NCBI GenBank assembly: GCA_041660165.1
Contig: JBAZWW010000003.1
Coordinates: forward strand, 4,352-68,351
DNA: 64,000 nucleotides
Direction: 5' to 3'
Source of the DNA: Patescibacteria group bacterium
GTDB taxonomy: Bacteria; Patescibacteriota; Patescibacteriia; UBA9934
Shown here: positions 1-10,295 of the stretch, piece by piece
Layout: every line of letters begins with the position of its first letter
How positions within the stretch are numbered: the stretch's first letter is position 1
Translations under genes and position numbers: made by a program
Notes under the pieces: model-generated
What the model saw: the letters and a program-made list of their open reading frames with translations, nothing else
Databases searched by the model: none
Told to the model about the DNA's origin: nothing

Positions 1-580
1 CTAGCTCATTCTTCTCAACCAGCCAAAGCGCGTGACCAAGAATAGTTGCGGTCAGCAAATAGAGCGCCAGCATGCTTGGTAAACCAATGGTCCCGCCGGA
101 AATACCCGTAGCCCCCTGGACAAAGGCGATCAGGACAAACACGCTCAAAAGGGCGCTTGAAACAAAAAAGACTGAAAACACCTTTCTTTGAAGATGACGG
201 TCACTGAGCAAGTGACTGCTCACAACAAGAAAGATCGCGAGCAACAAGGTTGAAAGAAAACTAATATATTCAGCCCCGCTTTCACCAAGCCAGCTGGTAT
301 AGGGCGCAATGGAAAACGAACTTGAAACCGCTGTCATGATGAGAATAAGCACCGGCAACAGGAAAAACCAGTGAGCTTTGAATGAAATCCTCCGCTCAGC
401 AATCATGCTTCCCATATATGCCAAGCTTCCAACAGTTGCCAGCACGACAAAGACAAAATTCTTATTGAAATCAAGCTGATCCGTGGTCCACGGAAAAGCC
501 ACAATCGGTATCAAGAAAACTATTGCACCCAATGATATCTGGGACACTTTTTCAAGAATTCGGCCAACGTGTATATTCAT
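1..580 (-). CDS. Polytopic membrane protein, O-antigen-ligase-like N-terminus (runs off the window edge)
   Basis: Not in ORF track. Manual translation from ATG 580: MNIHVGRILEKVSQISLGAIVFLIPIVAFPWTTDQLDFNKNFVFVVL...; several hydrophobic segments; starts 10 nt after the 1502-aa gene. Confidence 0.6.
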   Translation of the reverse strand, partial: MNIHVGRILEKVSQISLGAIVFLIPIVAFPWTTDQLDFNKNFVFVVLATVGSLAYMGSMIAERRISFKAHWFFLLPVLILIMTAVSSSFSIAPYTSWLGESGAEYISFLSTLLLAIFLVVSSHLLSDRHLQRKVFSVFFVSSALLSVFVLIAFVQGATGISGGTIGLPSMLALYLLTATILGHALWLVEKNEL

Positions 581-590
581 AAAACAAAAT

Positions 591-3500
591 TTACGGCGCT
601 GTAGGAGTGATGCTTGTAGCCCCCACGCCCAACGGATCAAGTATGACAGAAGCCGGATCTGTTGTCGCGGAAGCGTCAACGAGAGGAACATCGGTCGTGA
701 CGGGATCAACAGTTGATGCAATTGCTGAGGTATCGGTGGCTCCAGCAACTTCTGGTGCAGGGGCAGTCACAGAGTCAACGGGTACGTTAGTATCAGTGGG
801 GGTAGGTGTAACGGTCCCCGTGGCGGGAGTTAAAGTATCAAGGGGAGTAATCATGGGATCAGTCGCAACACTGGTTCCATTATCCGCAATGACGTCAGTT
901 GCGACGGGGCTTGTATCAAGAAGAGGGTCTGGTGCAGGTGCAGAAACAATAGGACTTATTGCTACCGGCTCAAAATCTTTTTGATAGGCAATGACAAGCC
1001 AGTCAACGGCCACGCCGTCCGTGTTAGCTGAATCATGAATCATAAAACCGCCGTTTGATTTGTCCGTGACATATATCTGGCCCGTAATACCCGCAGGCGT
1101 AACAACCACGCGATAGGAGGCGGTGTTTGAAATAACGTCGTTAAACTTTGGATCAATGGTGTCAAACACCACCTCTGACTGACCCATCATCAGCGTACTC
1201 GTTCCAGAAAGTTCGATAGTTTTCTGCCGGCTGGTAACCGCCAGCGTATCAACTAGCTCGTTCTGGTATGAAAGCACGCGCTCAGTGATTACGCCATTAG
1301 TCACAATGTCTCCATTTTGATTGATCTGCCAAGTATTGCCAATGCCCTCAAGCGAACCAACAGAGAGCATAGATCCTCCGTTCATGTTGAGCGAACCGGT
1401 GACATCAAGGTTGGACAGACTATTCATCGGAAGCTGAGAGATGGCCAGATTAGCATCGGGAGCGGAGTTTCCACCCGTGCCGGCGTAATAAGAAGCGCGA
1501 ATGAACACCACAATCTTCCCCTCGCCGGACGGCAGAGGCTCCATGGCATAGCCAAGAATCGGGCCGGCTTTCGTTGCCTTCATGGCATAGCCCGCCTTAG
1601 AGGACGTGGTTAGCGGATCGCCAATCGCCACCGCGCCATTCTCAGCCGAGACGTTCGTGGGCACTCGACCAGAGAGAGCAATCGGATAACTACCGTTAAC
1701 GTAATCGCCGGCCAGGAAGCCGGGGCGAGTTGAAACAACACCAGCCACACTCTTGTCATATGCCGTTGAGCTTGATTTTGCTACAGATTGTTCAGCTCCG
1801 CCAAACACCACCACATCGCCGGCCACGAGTGCGTCGCCGGATGGGAACATTTCTGCAAAGTCATAAGAACCAACGTTCCAACCGGCGGCGTTTGTCTTCA
1901 TGTACCCGGGGCCGGCAGTACTATCATAGAAAATGTAAGCTGTACTTTGCGCGGATCCTCGATCAGACGGGAATAGCTTGCCGGCCACAAACAAGTCGCC
2001 GGCGTTTGAAAAGGCCGCTACTTCCCCGCCAGTTCCGTCCTCAATTGAGAGACGATAATCGCCCAGGCTTGAAACCTTTGTGCGCAAACCCATGCTCACC
2101 GTCTCTGCACTTGAGCCATTCCAAGCCGAACCGTGCATCACTAAGCTGTTCGAGTTCGCAACCGGCGCGCCTGCCGTAGCCACCGCCAGAGCGGAAATAG
2201 TAATTCCGCCAGCAAACATAGGGCTTCCGTCAGGAGCGATGACATCCCCGCCGTACCAACTATTATCAACAAACACCGTAATCGTAGTCATGCCAACGCC
2301 GTTAAAGTTTGCCAGGGCACGCGCGATCACACGTCCTGGTTCCGTAGCCTTCATAGCGTATCCCGGCGTTGAAGATGCGGTCAGATAATCGCCCATCGCA
2401 ATTGGGCCGTTCTCGCTCGTAACGTGTAGTGGCACTCGGCCGTCAAGCGCAATAGGTAACGGATGCGCGCCCTGATCCTTAACGTTCGCACCGATAGTTT
2501 CATTTGGCGAAGTTGAAACAATGCCAAATAGAGTATCCGCGGAAACCGCACGGGTAAGAATTGGCAGGGTCTTCGTGACTGTGCCCGGAAGAATCTCTCC
2601 AGTGAACGCGTTACTTTCTTGAGCTTGATAGGTAAACATGGATCCCGTTAGTGCGACAATGTCGCCGTTACCTGGCGTCCCGTCGGTCTCATACCACTCA
2701 GCATAGTCAGCCGGGGCCGCAGAACAAGCCACAACATCTCGGGTGACATTTGTCGCCGCATCAACGTTCGCACCAGAATGACAAAGACCGTTTGTTGTTG
2801 CGAGGTTATCTAGACCAACAGACACAACACCCGCGGAAGTAACGCCCCACTCTATGCCACCGGTAATTGCCAGGGTACTTGTGGCATTCGCATTGCCAAT
2901 AGTAATTACGTCAGCGGTCGTACCGTTCGTGGCGATATTGATCACATCGGCGCCATCAACGGCGCCGGAGCCGCCAATATTCGTAGTGTGGCCACCGGAG
3001 ACATTGTTCAAATCCAATGAAGTATAACCAGCCACCACCACCCCGCTACCATACGTTGAAACAAATGTTACTCCGTTATTATTCCCTATGGTGATGTTGT
3101 CACCCGCAGTATTGTCAGTAGCAATGTTAATCGTATCCGCATCCGAGGAATTTGCAATATCAATCGTGTCACAGGCAACCGAACCACAAAGCGATACAGA
3201 AGTTGCATTCACATTTCCGATCGCTAGCGCCCCTGCGCCATTCGTATCCAACCCTTGGGCCGCTGCCACGGTAATCCCGCCGCTTGTCGCAACATCAAAA
3301 TTTGAAAAATCAATTGCCGCCCCGGTTCCGAGAATTACATTTGCGCCCACGTTCATTGCATTAACAATCGTGGAATCTGAGGCATCAATCGCGTCCGTAA
3401 AACCTGCAACTCCGGTCAAAATGATGCCATCATCCATCATCTCATTAGAATCTAAGTTACTGAGAGCAATCATGGCATCCGGGGTGCCGGTCAAAGCCAA

Positions 3501-5099
3501 CGGACCGCCGTCGTTAGCATTGGAAAGAGTCATCAGCGTGTTATAGGCCGTGCTTGCGGCCGCATCGTCAGTGAATGTCAGATCAATCACGTTAAGCGCG
3601 CTGTCCACGGAGTGCGTGCTGGCAATCGCTAAGTTCTCAGTTCCAGCTCCGCCTGTAACAAAGTTCATATTCACATCGGAGCCAAAAGTACCGGCATTGA
3701 ACGTGGCGGCGCCAGTCGCATCAATGCTCCAATCATTTCCGCCGGTGAGCACCAATGTGGTAGCCGCATTAGTATTTCCAATATCTACAGCATCTGGAAA
3801 AGCGGCTCCGGTACCGATATTGGTTGTTGTTCCGATTACCAAATTGTCATTAATACTAATTATTCCAGATTCTAGATTGATCGTTGACCCCGCGCTCTCG
3901 CTTCCAATGGAGACCGTATCCCCAGAAGTTCCATTCGTTGCAATGTTGATTGTATTCGCAAGATCAGTACTCACTCCGCCAATGTTAATAGTGGCCGAGC
4001 TAGCGACGGCGTCAAGAAAGTTAAACGTGGCGGATGATGATGTCAGGTCACCGCCGTTGAGCGCAAGATCACTTGCCGAGGTAATGAGTCCCGCGGTTGA
4101 AATATTCCAAGACGCTCCCCCTCCCAGCTGGAACGTCGTACCGGCGCCGGTATTTCCTATTGCTATTGCATCTGCAGTTGATCCTTCCGTAGCGATACTG
4201 ATGGTATTCCCAATATCTGCCGCGACCCCGCCAATATTGATGATCGGTGAGTTGCCAGCACCTTGCAAAAAATTGAACGTTCCCGCTGTCGAAGTGATCA
4301 CCCCACCATTAAGGGCTAGGTTGCCTGGCGTGACAAGACTATTCGAAAAAGATATTTGACCGTCCACCGTAAAAATTAAATCGCCTGTTATGTTCGTAGC
4401 AATAGTGGGGTCAGTAATAGCTCCACCCGAACTAAAAAAACGAAGAAGACCATTCGTAGTGCTATCCGTTCCGATATTCAGCTCCGCAGCGGCCGTATTG
4501 AAATACAGTGTACCTGCCGGCGGCGTGGTTCCTCCAATCACCAAGCCATCTGTGGTAGAGGTTAGGTACGTGGATGCGCCACCATCAGTCAACAAGGTAA
4601 GCGCAGTCGAGTCCAGTCCGTCGAGCGTATCAGCGTTAAGTGCGTACGGTGCCGCGACAATTTGTTTGCGTGGCGTAAGCGCCTCACCATTCACTGTCAC
4701 CTGGAGATATACCCCGGCATTGCTACCGAAAACGGTATCGGCTATTGCCGCGTAAGGAACGCCCGCGGCGGTATCGCCAAGATTTTCCGAAAAAAGCCCA
4801 TCGGTCAGGGTAACGGTTCGAGCCGTCGCGCTCGCACAAGTGGCGGATGAATTCGACCACAGACATGTGCCGGCGGAAAGAGCGTCATAAAACTCGAACA
4901 ACACGCTCGCGGTAGCCGTAGCAATAGGCACTCCGTTCGCATTCAGCAATCTGCCTTGATAACTGGTAATATTTGGGGCTGAGGCGGCCTGTACTGGCAA
5001 CACAAACAACGCGGAGAGGACCGCGTAACCAAGGAAAACAGGCACGAGGAAAATACTCGCGATTCTTTTCACGAATCGCTGAAAGACACGGTGATCCAT
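591..5099 (-). CDS. Large secreted fibre/adhesin-like protein with two peptidase-G2-like intramolecular chaperone domains
   Basis: Signal peptide; N-terminal SYQGRL...PR...APYALNADTLDG module; G/T/A/N-rich repeats; two D(Y/F)AE...G(I/V)VST.P...GRVP...ENG.(I/V)..GD.LT.SS..GYAMKAT domains; T/P/D-rich tail; GGAGG RBS. Confidence 0.75.
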   Translation of the reverse strand: MDHRVFQRFVKRIASIFLVPVFLGYAVLSALFVLPVQAASAPNITSYQGRLLNANGVPIATATASVLFEFYDALSAGTCLWSNSSATCASATARTVTLTDGLFSENLGDTAAGVPYAAIADTVFGSNAGVYLQVTVNGEALTPRKQIVAAPYALNADTLDGLDSTALTLLTDGGASTYLTSTTDGLVIGGTTPPAGTLYFNTAAAELNIGTDSTTNGLLRFFSSGGAITDPTIATNITGDLIFTVDGQISFSNSLVTPGNLALNGGVITSTAGTFNFLQGAGNSPIINIGGVAADIGNTISIATEGSTADAIAIGNTGAGTTFQLGGGASWNISTAGLITSASDLALNGGDLTSSSATFNFLDAVASSATINIGGVSTDLANTINIATNGTSGDTVSIGSESAGSTINLESGIISINDNLVIGTTTNIGTGAAFPDAVDIGNTNAATTLVLTGGNDWSIDATGAATFNAGTFGSDVNMNFVTGGAGTENLAIASTHSVDSALNVIDLTFTDDAAASTAYNTLMTLSNANDGGPLALTGTPDAMIALSNLDSNEMMDDGIILTGVAGFTDAIDASDSTIVNAMNVGANVILGTGAAIDFSNFDVATSGGITVAAAQGLDTNGAGALAIGNVNATSVSLCGSVACDTIDIANSSDADTINIATDNTAGDNITIGNNNGVTFVSTYGSGVVVAGYTSLDLNNVSGGHTTNIGGSGAVDGADVINIATNGTTADVITIGNANATSTLAITGGIEWGVTSAGVVSVGLDNLATTNGLCHSGANVDAATNVTRDVVACSAAPADYAEWYETDGTPGNGDIVALTGSMFTYQAQESNAFTGEILPGTVTKTLPILTRAVSADTLFGIVSTSPNETIGANVKDQGAHPLPIALDGRVPLHVTSENGPIAMGDYLTASSTPGYAMKATEPGRVIARALANFNGVGMTTITVFVDNSWYGGDVIAPDGSPMFAGGITISALAVATAGAPVANSNSLVMHGSAWNGSSAETVSMGLRTKVSSLGDYRLSIEDGTGGEVAAFSNAGDLFVAGKLFPSDRGSAQSTAYIFYDSTAGPGYMKTNAAGWNVGSYDFAEMFPSGDALVAGDVVVFGGAEQSVAKSSSTAYDKSVAGVVSTRPGFLAGDYVNGSYPIALSGRVPTNVSAENGAVAIGDPLTTSSKAGYAMKATKAGPILGYAMEPLPSGEGKIVVFIRASYYAGTGGNSAPDANLAISQLPMNSLSNLDVTGSLNMNGGSMLSVGSLEGIGNTWQINQNGDIVTNGVITERVLSYQNELVDTLAVTSRQKTIELSGTSTLMMGQSEVVFDTIDPKFNDVISNTASYRVVVTPAGITGQIYVTDKSNGGFMIHDSANTDGVAVDWLVIAYQKDFEPVAISPIVSAPAPDPLLDTSPVATDVIADNGTSVATDPMITPLDTLTPATGTVTPTPTDTNVPVDSVTAPAPEVAGATDTSAIASTVDPVTTDVPLVDASATTDPASVILDPLGVGATSITPTAP

Positions 5100-5110
5100 G
5101 TATCCTCCAC

Positions 5111-7581
5111 TTAACTGTGATCAAGCGCGACATTCACGGTTAACGGCGCGGGCTCCTTCTTATCTCGGTAATCAATTGGGCGAACGATTTTCTCCGTAAA
5201 GCCAGGTTTGACGTAGCTACGTAGTACTCATTCGCGCCAAGAAGAAAAGAGTAGCGCCCTCGGCTATCCGTGAGTGTGGACTCGACAAGTTTATTATACC
5301 GCGGTTCAAAGAGCCGAACGACAACGTTCCCCAGCTGTGAGCGTGTAGCGGACTCAGTAACCAGACCCCAGCCCTTTGGCTTCTTTGGCCAGGCCAAGCG
5401 GATAGAAATAAAGAGCGAGAAAATCTGTACAATGAACATGACGACGGAGAACACGCTCGGCAACGTCAATACTACAAAAAGCGACAGCAAGACGCCGAGT
5501 GGGGACACGATCCGCTGGAAAACGCGAAAGAATCGTTTGAAGCGCAAACGGTTTTCGCCTTGAAACTGCGCTTTCGATGAAGGATCAAGAGGGATGTTCG
5601 CAGCTATCGTCGCATCCTTACTCGTCACACGGATAGCTTGCGTTGTATATACATCAAGAAAAGTGCCATCATCCTTCACGTTCGCAAGGTAAGCGCTTGG
5701 AAAGTTAAAACCGTTTTTTACCACCTTAATAATATATTCACCGGCCTCAGGAACAAACAGAAAATACTTACCTTCGGCGTTGGTAACCACGGATTTGATC
5801 AGCCGATTATCTGTCACTCGATAAAGTCTAACAATCGCCAGCTCAATGGGGATCTTGGTCATGGCGTTATAGACCACGCCAAAGTTTTTTCGTTTTCGCC
5901 TAGAGAATAAAAGCAATGGCGAGGTGATGAGATACTGAAGATACGCACCAAGGTTAAAGCTCGACGCCAGAATAATGGTAGATGAAACCGTAACGGCCGC
6001 GTTCACCGGCCCTGTAACGGTAGCCGTTGCCTGAGCCTCCGGAGACGCCAGCACGTCCGCCACGGCCTGCACAGCAACTGACGCCACCGCGCTTACGGCA
6101 GTTATTGCCTGAACCGCACCTACCGGCAGAATGGCAGAGACAACCGCCGGCACAACAGGAGCTATAGGAGGCACAATGGGAGGCGCCGGAATCTCCGCCA
6201 TTCGGCGCAACATAATTTGTCCGCCAAGAATCGTATTTCCCACAAAAATCGAGGCAGTCACTGACTCATAGCCATCGCGCTCAGCCACCAACGAATATTG
6301 CCCGTTTGGCGCATACCAACCAAAAGTGCCCCGCGCGGTTGATCGTTCGGGGTTCGCCTCTCCGTATTGCTGTGCATCAAAAAGAATCCTGGCTCCGCTG
6401 TCTATTCTATATGCGGTAACAATGACATTCTCTACCGGTACTTCCCGGCCGTCCTCCAGCGTCTCAAGCACGATTCCTGAACTTTGTGCATTGAGCGCAA
6501 TGGGTTCAATCTGCGTACCGCCGGCTTTTCTTGAAACAATAACATTGAGCACCTCATCAGCCCCGGGGGCAGTGATCATGCCGTCATACGTACCCGGACC
6601 TGATTGCGAAAGAACATACGTGGTATCCCCAACCATGACTGAAACCGCGGAGACTGCATCGGGACTTGAAACGGTCACCCGAACAATGGGCGAGGTTCCG
6701 GACAACACATTCACAGAGCCGTTAATGACCGGCAAGTTTAAACCGCCCGACGTCACGCTCACACCCACCTCAATCTGCGCGGTTGGAGTTCCGCCCCCCG
6801 GCGGAGGAGTGCTTGGACTTGGCGCCGGTGTGGGAGCAGGACCTGGCGCAGGGGCCGGAGCTGGTGCTGGTTCAGGCGCGGGGGCCGGAGGCGGTTCCGG
6901 CGGAGGAGGTTCTGGTACTGGTTCTGGAATTGGTTCTGGCGGGGGTGGGGGTGGAGGTGGAGGAGGTGGAGGCGGGAGAGAGTCGCCGGGAGGCGAAGGT
7001 GGAGACGCTACCGTCCCTGACACACCGGACGTCGATGCCGAAATAATCGGAATAGCGATTGACCCATTGTTAAGCGATGTTCCTGCAAGGTCAATGTAAT
7101 ACGTGCCAACCGTGGACGGATTTGTAATTCTATTTGCACCAGTTCCGGATGAGGATGCATTCGTACCAATTTCGATCGTAACCACATGGCCAGCCAATAC
7201 TGACCCTCCGTCTCCAGCGCAAACCGTTAGCGTAACAGTATTCGCCACCCGATCAATAGATACAGCCTCCGCGCCCGAACAATCAGGAGCCGTCGTCAGA
7301 TCCACGGCGTTATCCGCAACATCAACATCATCTTCAATGACAGAACTCACGGTGAAACCGCTTGGAAAAATAAGCGCGATGGTTTCACCGTCGTCCCATC
7401 CGGTAGCCAGCGTAAAAATAAATTTTTGATTCGAAAGCGCGCTCGTCACAAGCGTGCTCGGTTGCGAGGTTAAGGCCGAGACCGTAGCCGCACTCGCGAT
7501 CGACGAAAAAGAAAACATCCCGCTCATCAAAAAGACTGCGGAAAACAAAACAATAGCCACGCGCTTGAAATAGCCACCCAC
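5111..7581 (-). CDS. Proline-rich membrane-anchored surface protein with carboxypeptidase-regulatory-like domains; probable frameshift near 5221
   Basis: Signal peptide, poly-Pro/PEP/PAP linker, TM segments, repeated 'VRLY...T...G.Y.F' domains; ORF track ends at 5140 but an alternate frame gives a better C-terminus ending 5111. Confidence 0.7.
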
Positions 7582-7590
7582 AATTTTAGT

Positions 7591-8466
7591 TTACCTCCGT
7601 CTCCGCACGAAGATGATTATACCAAGCAACAAGACCGCGATGACGATGAACGCCCCGCCAAGCGACGAAACTGGAAAAAACCAAGCATTCGTTACCGCAT
7701 ATTGCGTGTTGCCATCCCAAAGCTCGAACCGATATTTGCCGAATACAAATGGCGAGAAATTCTGTACGCCATCCGGCCATTTTGCGCTCACCGAACGCGA
7801 GGTGCCGGTCGGTAGATGCTTTGGTACATTTGAAAGGAGGAATCGATCGACCTCCCTGCCAAACATATTTACCACGCGCACTTCGTTTGGAACGAAAAGC
7901 GTATCCGTTCCCGAATTTTGGGCGAGTTCTGAAAGGACAATCGGTTTGCCAAAGGAAAAACCAGGAATAGCTGAAAAATTTTGGATCTCTACTCTACTAT
8001 CATTACTCGCATCATTACTAGCAACGTGCACGAACAGAAGTGATGTCAGCGCCGTTCGCACAGAACCGGATTCATTACCGGCCGAGCCCTCAGTGACAAG
8101 TACCGCAATCGTAGGTGCCGACTCGGAAAATTCCTGCGGAATTGTCACGGAAATATTGACAGTCTTTTTCTCAGTAGCCGCAAGGGTGAATAATGACGGC
8201 GTAGCAATGACGCCCGAAGAAAGCAAAGGATTAAGCGTCCCTAATGAAAGATCCTCCGCATCCCCCCCGAATTCAGCAGACAAAAATGAAACGCGATAAC
8301 TCGCTTCTTTTGTAGAATTGTTTGTCACAACAATAGTGGCAGATGCGGATTCACCAATTTTCACCCGCAGATCGCTTGATTGAGGATTCACCGTAGTCGC
8401 AAAAGAAACACATGGCGCGCCAAGCAAACTAAGAAAGGTGAGCGCCAATAAAAATCGTGAAATCAT
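7591..8466 (-). CDS. Secreted beta-sandwich protein with C-terminal TM anchor (WxL-interacting/DUF916-like)
   Basis: Signal peptide, 'V.P....L....GES..TI.VTN' start, C-terminal TM followed by RRRR. Confidence 0.55.
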   Translation of the reverse strand: MISRFLLALTFLSLLGAPCVSFATTVNPQSSDLRVKIGESASATIVVTNNSTKEASYRVSFLSAEFGGDAEDLSLGTLNPLLSSGVIATPSLFTLAATEKKTVNISVTIPQEFSESAPTIAVLVTEGSAGNESGSVRTALTSLLFVHVASNDASNDSRVEIQNFSAIPGFSFGKPIVLSELAQNSGTDTLFVPNEVRVVNMFGREVDRFLLSNVPKHLPTGTSRSVSAKWPDGVQNFSPFVFGKYRFELWDGNTQYAVTNAWFFPVSSLGGAFIVIAVLLLGIIIFVRRRR

Positions 8467-8468
8467 AT

Positions 8469-9389
8469 TTAGTAATTACCAACAAACACGAAGGTTAGCG
8501 TTTGCGAATAGCTTCCGCCGGCCTGCGTAGCACTAACACCAACCTTCAGCGTCACAAAATCCCGCGCTTTTAGCGAGTTGTCTCCCCTGCTTGCCACCTG
8601 TTGAAGCGAAGTTGTGATAGCCGTATCCTGCGTATCAAATGTTGAGCTGGCAAGCGAGGTGTCTGAGGAGCGAGCGCCATACTCGGACGACCCCGCATCA
8701 ACTGAGCCATCTCCAACATCAGAAATCGTGTTGCCCCCATCCGATGGATTATGATTTTCGTATAAAAAAACACTATAGCCATTTGAAACATCCGCGGATG
8801 AGTCCCAACCAACGATACCAGTTGTAACTACACTACTTGAAAAGGTTCCAAGGGGAAGTGCGGTGCCAGACAGCTTATAAACGTAGTCATTCGATCCATC
8901 TATGGTCGGCGCTACACCGCCATCATGGAATTCATCCACGGTCAACGTAGAGCCTCCCACGACGGTCACTTTACCGATGGCCGAGACCTGAGAAGCACCG
9001 AGGTCCTGAACCACCGCGACGTAATCGCCTACAGAGTAGTCAACCGTGGACGTCACCGTTACCGTCGTTGAGACAAGTAGAGTGGTTGCTACCTGGGTTG
9101 AAGTATTCTCTGAGAAAACCTGGAACGCGACCGTGGGGTCATAAATACCGCCTCTATACCCCCCATCTTCGCGGTAGGAGGACGAAGAACCAATTCCCTG
9201 ATTAACTCCGATGGTGTCATGAAGCTTGTAAGAGGCGGAGGAACTCGTCTCACTTCCCCCATTTCCGACGCTATCCCACTGAATCTGATAATTGCTTGAG
9301 GACATCATTGACTCAGCCCTAAATGGAGCTAATGTTAGCAGAAAAAGAGATGCTGTAATGAAATAGTGATAACCGATATTCCTTCCCAT
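8469..9389 (-). CDS. Secreted Ser/Thr-rich surface protein with WxL-like C-terminus
   Basis: Signal peptide, MSSSNYQI start, C-terminal GGSYSQTLTFVFVGNY. Confidence 0.55.
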   Translation of the reverse strand: MGRNIGYHYFITASLFLLTLAPFRAESMMSSSNYQIQWDSVGNGGSETSSSASYKLHDTIGVNQGIGSSSSYREDGGYRGGIYDPTVAFQVFSENTSTQVATTLLVSTTVTVTSTVDYSVGDYVAVVQDLGASQVSAIGKVTVVGGSTLTVDEFHDGGVAPTIDGSNDYVYKLSGTALPLGTFSSSVVTTGIVGWDSSADVSNGYSVFLYENHNPSDGGNTISDVGDGSVDAGSSEYGARSSDTSLASSTFDTQDTAITTSLQQVASRGDNSLKARDFVTLKVGVSATQAGGSYSQTLTFVFVGNY

Positions 9390-9422
9390 ATCGCTTATTG
9401 AGTACTATAGGTGTTCACCCCT

Positions 9423-9792
9423 TTATCCACAAGATAAAACTGTGGACAAACCTACGAACTGTAATGAAAAATCGTCATTTATACACAGATATTTTGTCTA
9501 CACCAGTGTAGCCAAATAAAGTTATCCCCAGCAATCGTTTTCATTACAGACTGTTACCAACTAATTCTATTTTTCCACCCACCAAACCATAGCAACCATC
9601 AGTTCACGTTAGGTTGCGGGTATATAAAATGGAATTCTTGGGAGGTAATCCGACCGGAATGATATTTTGTATACCTGCGACCAGCCAAGAAATTGGCGAT
9701 ACAAGTCGCTACGCATCTCATCACACATGGAACTTACAGCGTAGTTATCCTTCTCATACACATGTTATCCACAGTTTGTGGCGCTATCCACA
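9423..9792. promoter_or_regulatory. DnaA-box cluster remote from oriC
   Basis: TTATCCACA at 9423 and 9765, TTATACACA 9479, near-matches at 9441 (rev), 9522, 9754, 9784. Confidence 0.7.
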
Positions 9793-9873
9793 GAGCTCAC
9801 TCAATAATACGTTCCATATGGGACATCCAAACACGACAAACAAAAAACCTCCTACAAATTAGGAGATTTTCTA

Positions 9874-9949
9874 TGGTGGACCAATGGGGATTCGAACCCC
9901 AGGCCTCAGCAATGCGAATGCTGCGCTCTACCAACTGAGCTATTGGCCC
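9874..9949 (-). tRNA. tRNA-Ala(CGC)
   Basis: GGGCCAATAGCTCAGTTGGTAGAGC...CAGCA-TTCGCAT-TGCTG...GGTTCGAATCC...CCA. Confidence 0.95.
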
Positions 9950-9981
9950 GTATATTGGCTAGTACTAGCGATTCCTTATGA

Positions 9982-10103
9982 CAAGACTGGATAAAATTTT
10001 TCCCAGCTAGGCGCCGACGAGTGAGGACCAAAACGTATCCGTAGGATACGTAGAGGTCCGAACGACAGAGGCGACAACGCTGGGGAATATTTTAGACAGT
10101 CTT
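9982..10103. repeat. ~120-bp nested palindromic element between tRNAs
   Basis: AAGACTG/CAGTCTT, TAAAATTTTTCCCAGC/GCTGGGGAATATTTTA, GGACC/GGTCC, ACGTATCC-GTA-GGATACGT. Confidence 0.7.
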
Positions 10104-10104
10104 A

Positions 10105-10180
10105 TGGTGCCCCCGCCCGGAATTGAACCAGGATCTAAGGCTTAGGAAGCCCCTGTTCTATCCAATTGAACTACGGGAGC
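10105..10180 (-). tRNA. tRNA-Arg(CCT)
   Basis: GCTCCCGTAGTTCAATTGGATAGAAC, anticodon loop TTCCTAA, GGTTCAATTCC, CCA end. Confidence 0.95.
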
Positions 10181-10295
10181 ATACCCACAACCCCTCTCAC
10201 CTCAATACCGAGTGTCGTAAAACACATTTCTCACATGCTATACTGTGCATTCGTCGCGGAAAGAGTATAAACAAAGCACATAGCCTGGTCAACGT

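Noticed and set aside
607-8299. Long plus-strand ORFs opposite the surface genes (e.g. 3550-4359, 6326-7099 Gly-rich, 7613-8299)
   Set aside because: Antisense shadows of low-complexity coding sequence; poly-Gly mirrors poly-Pro
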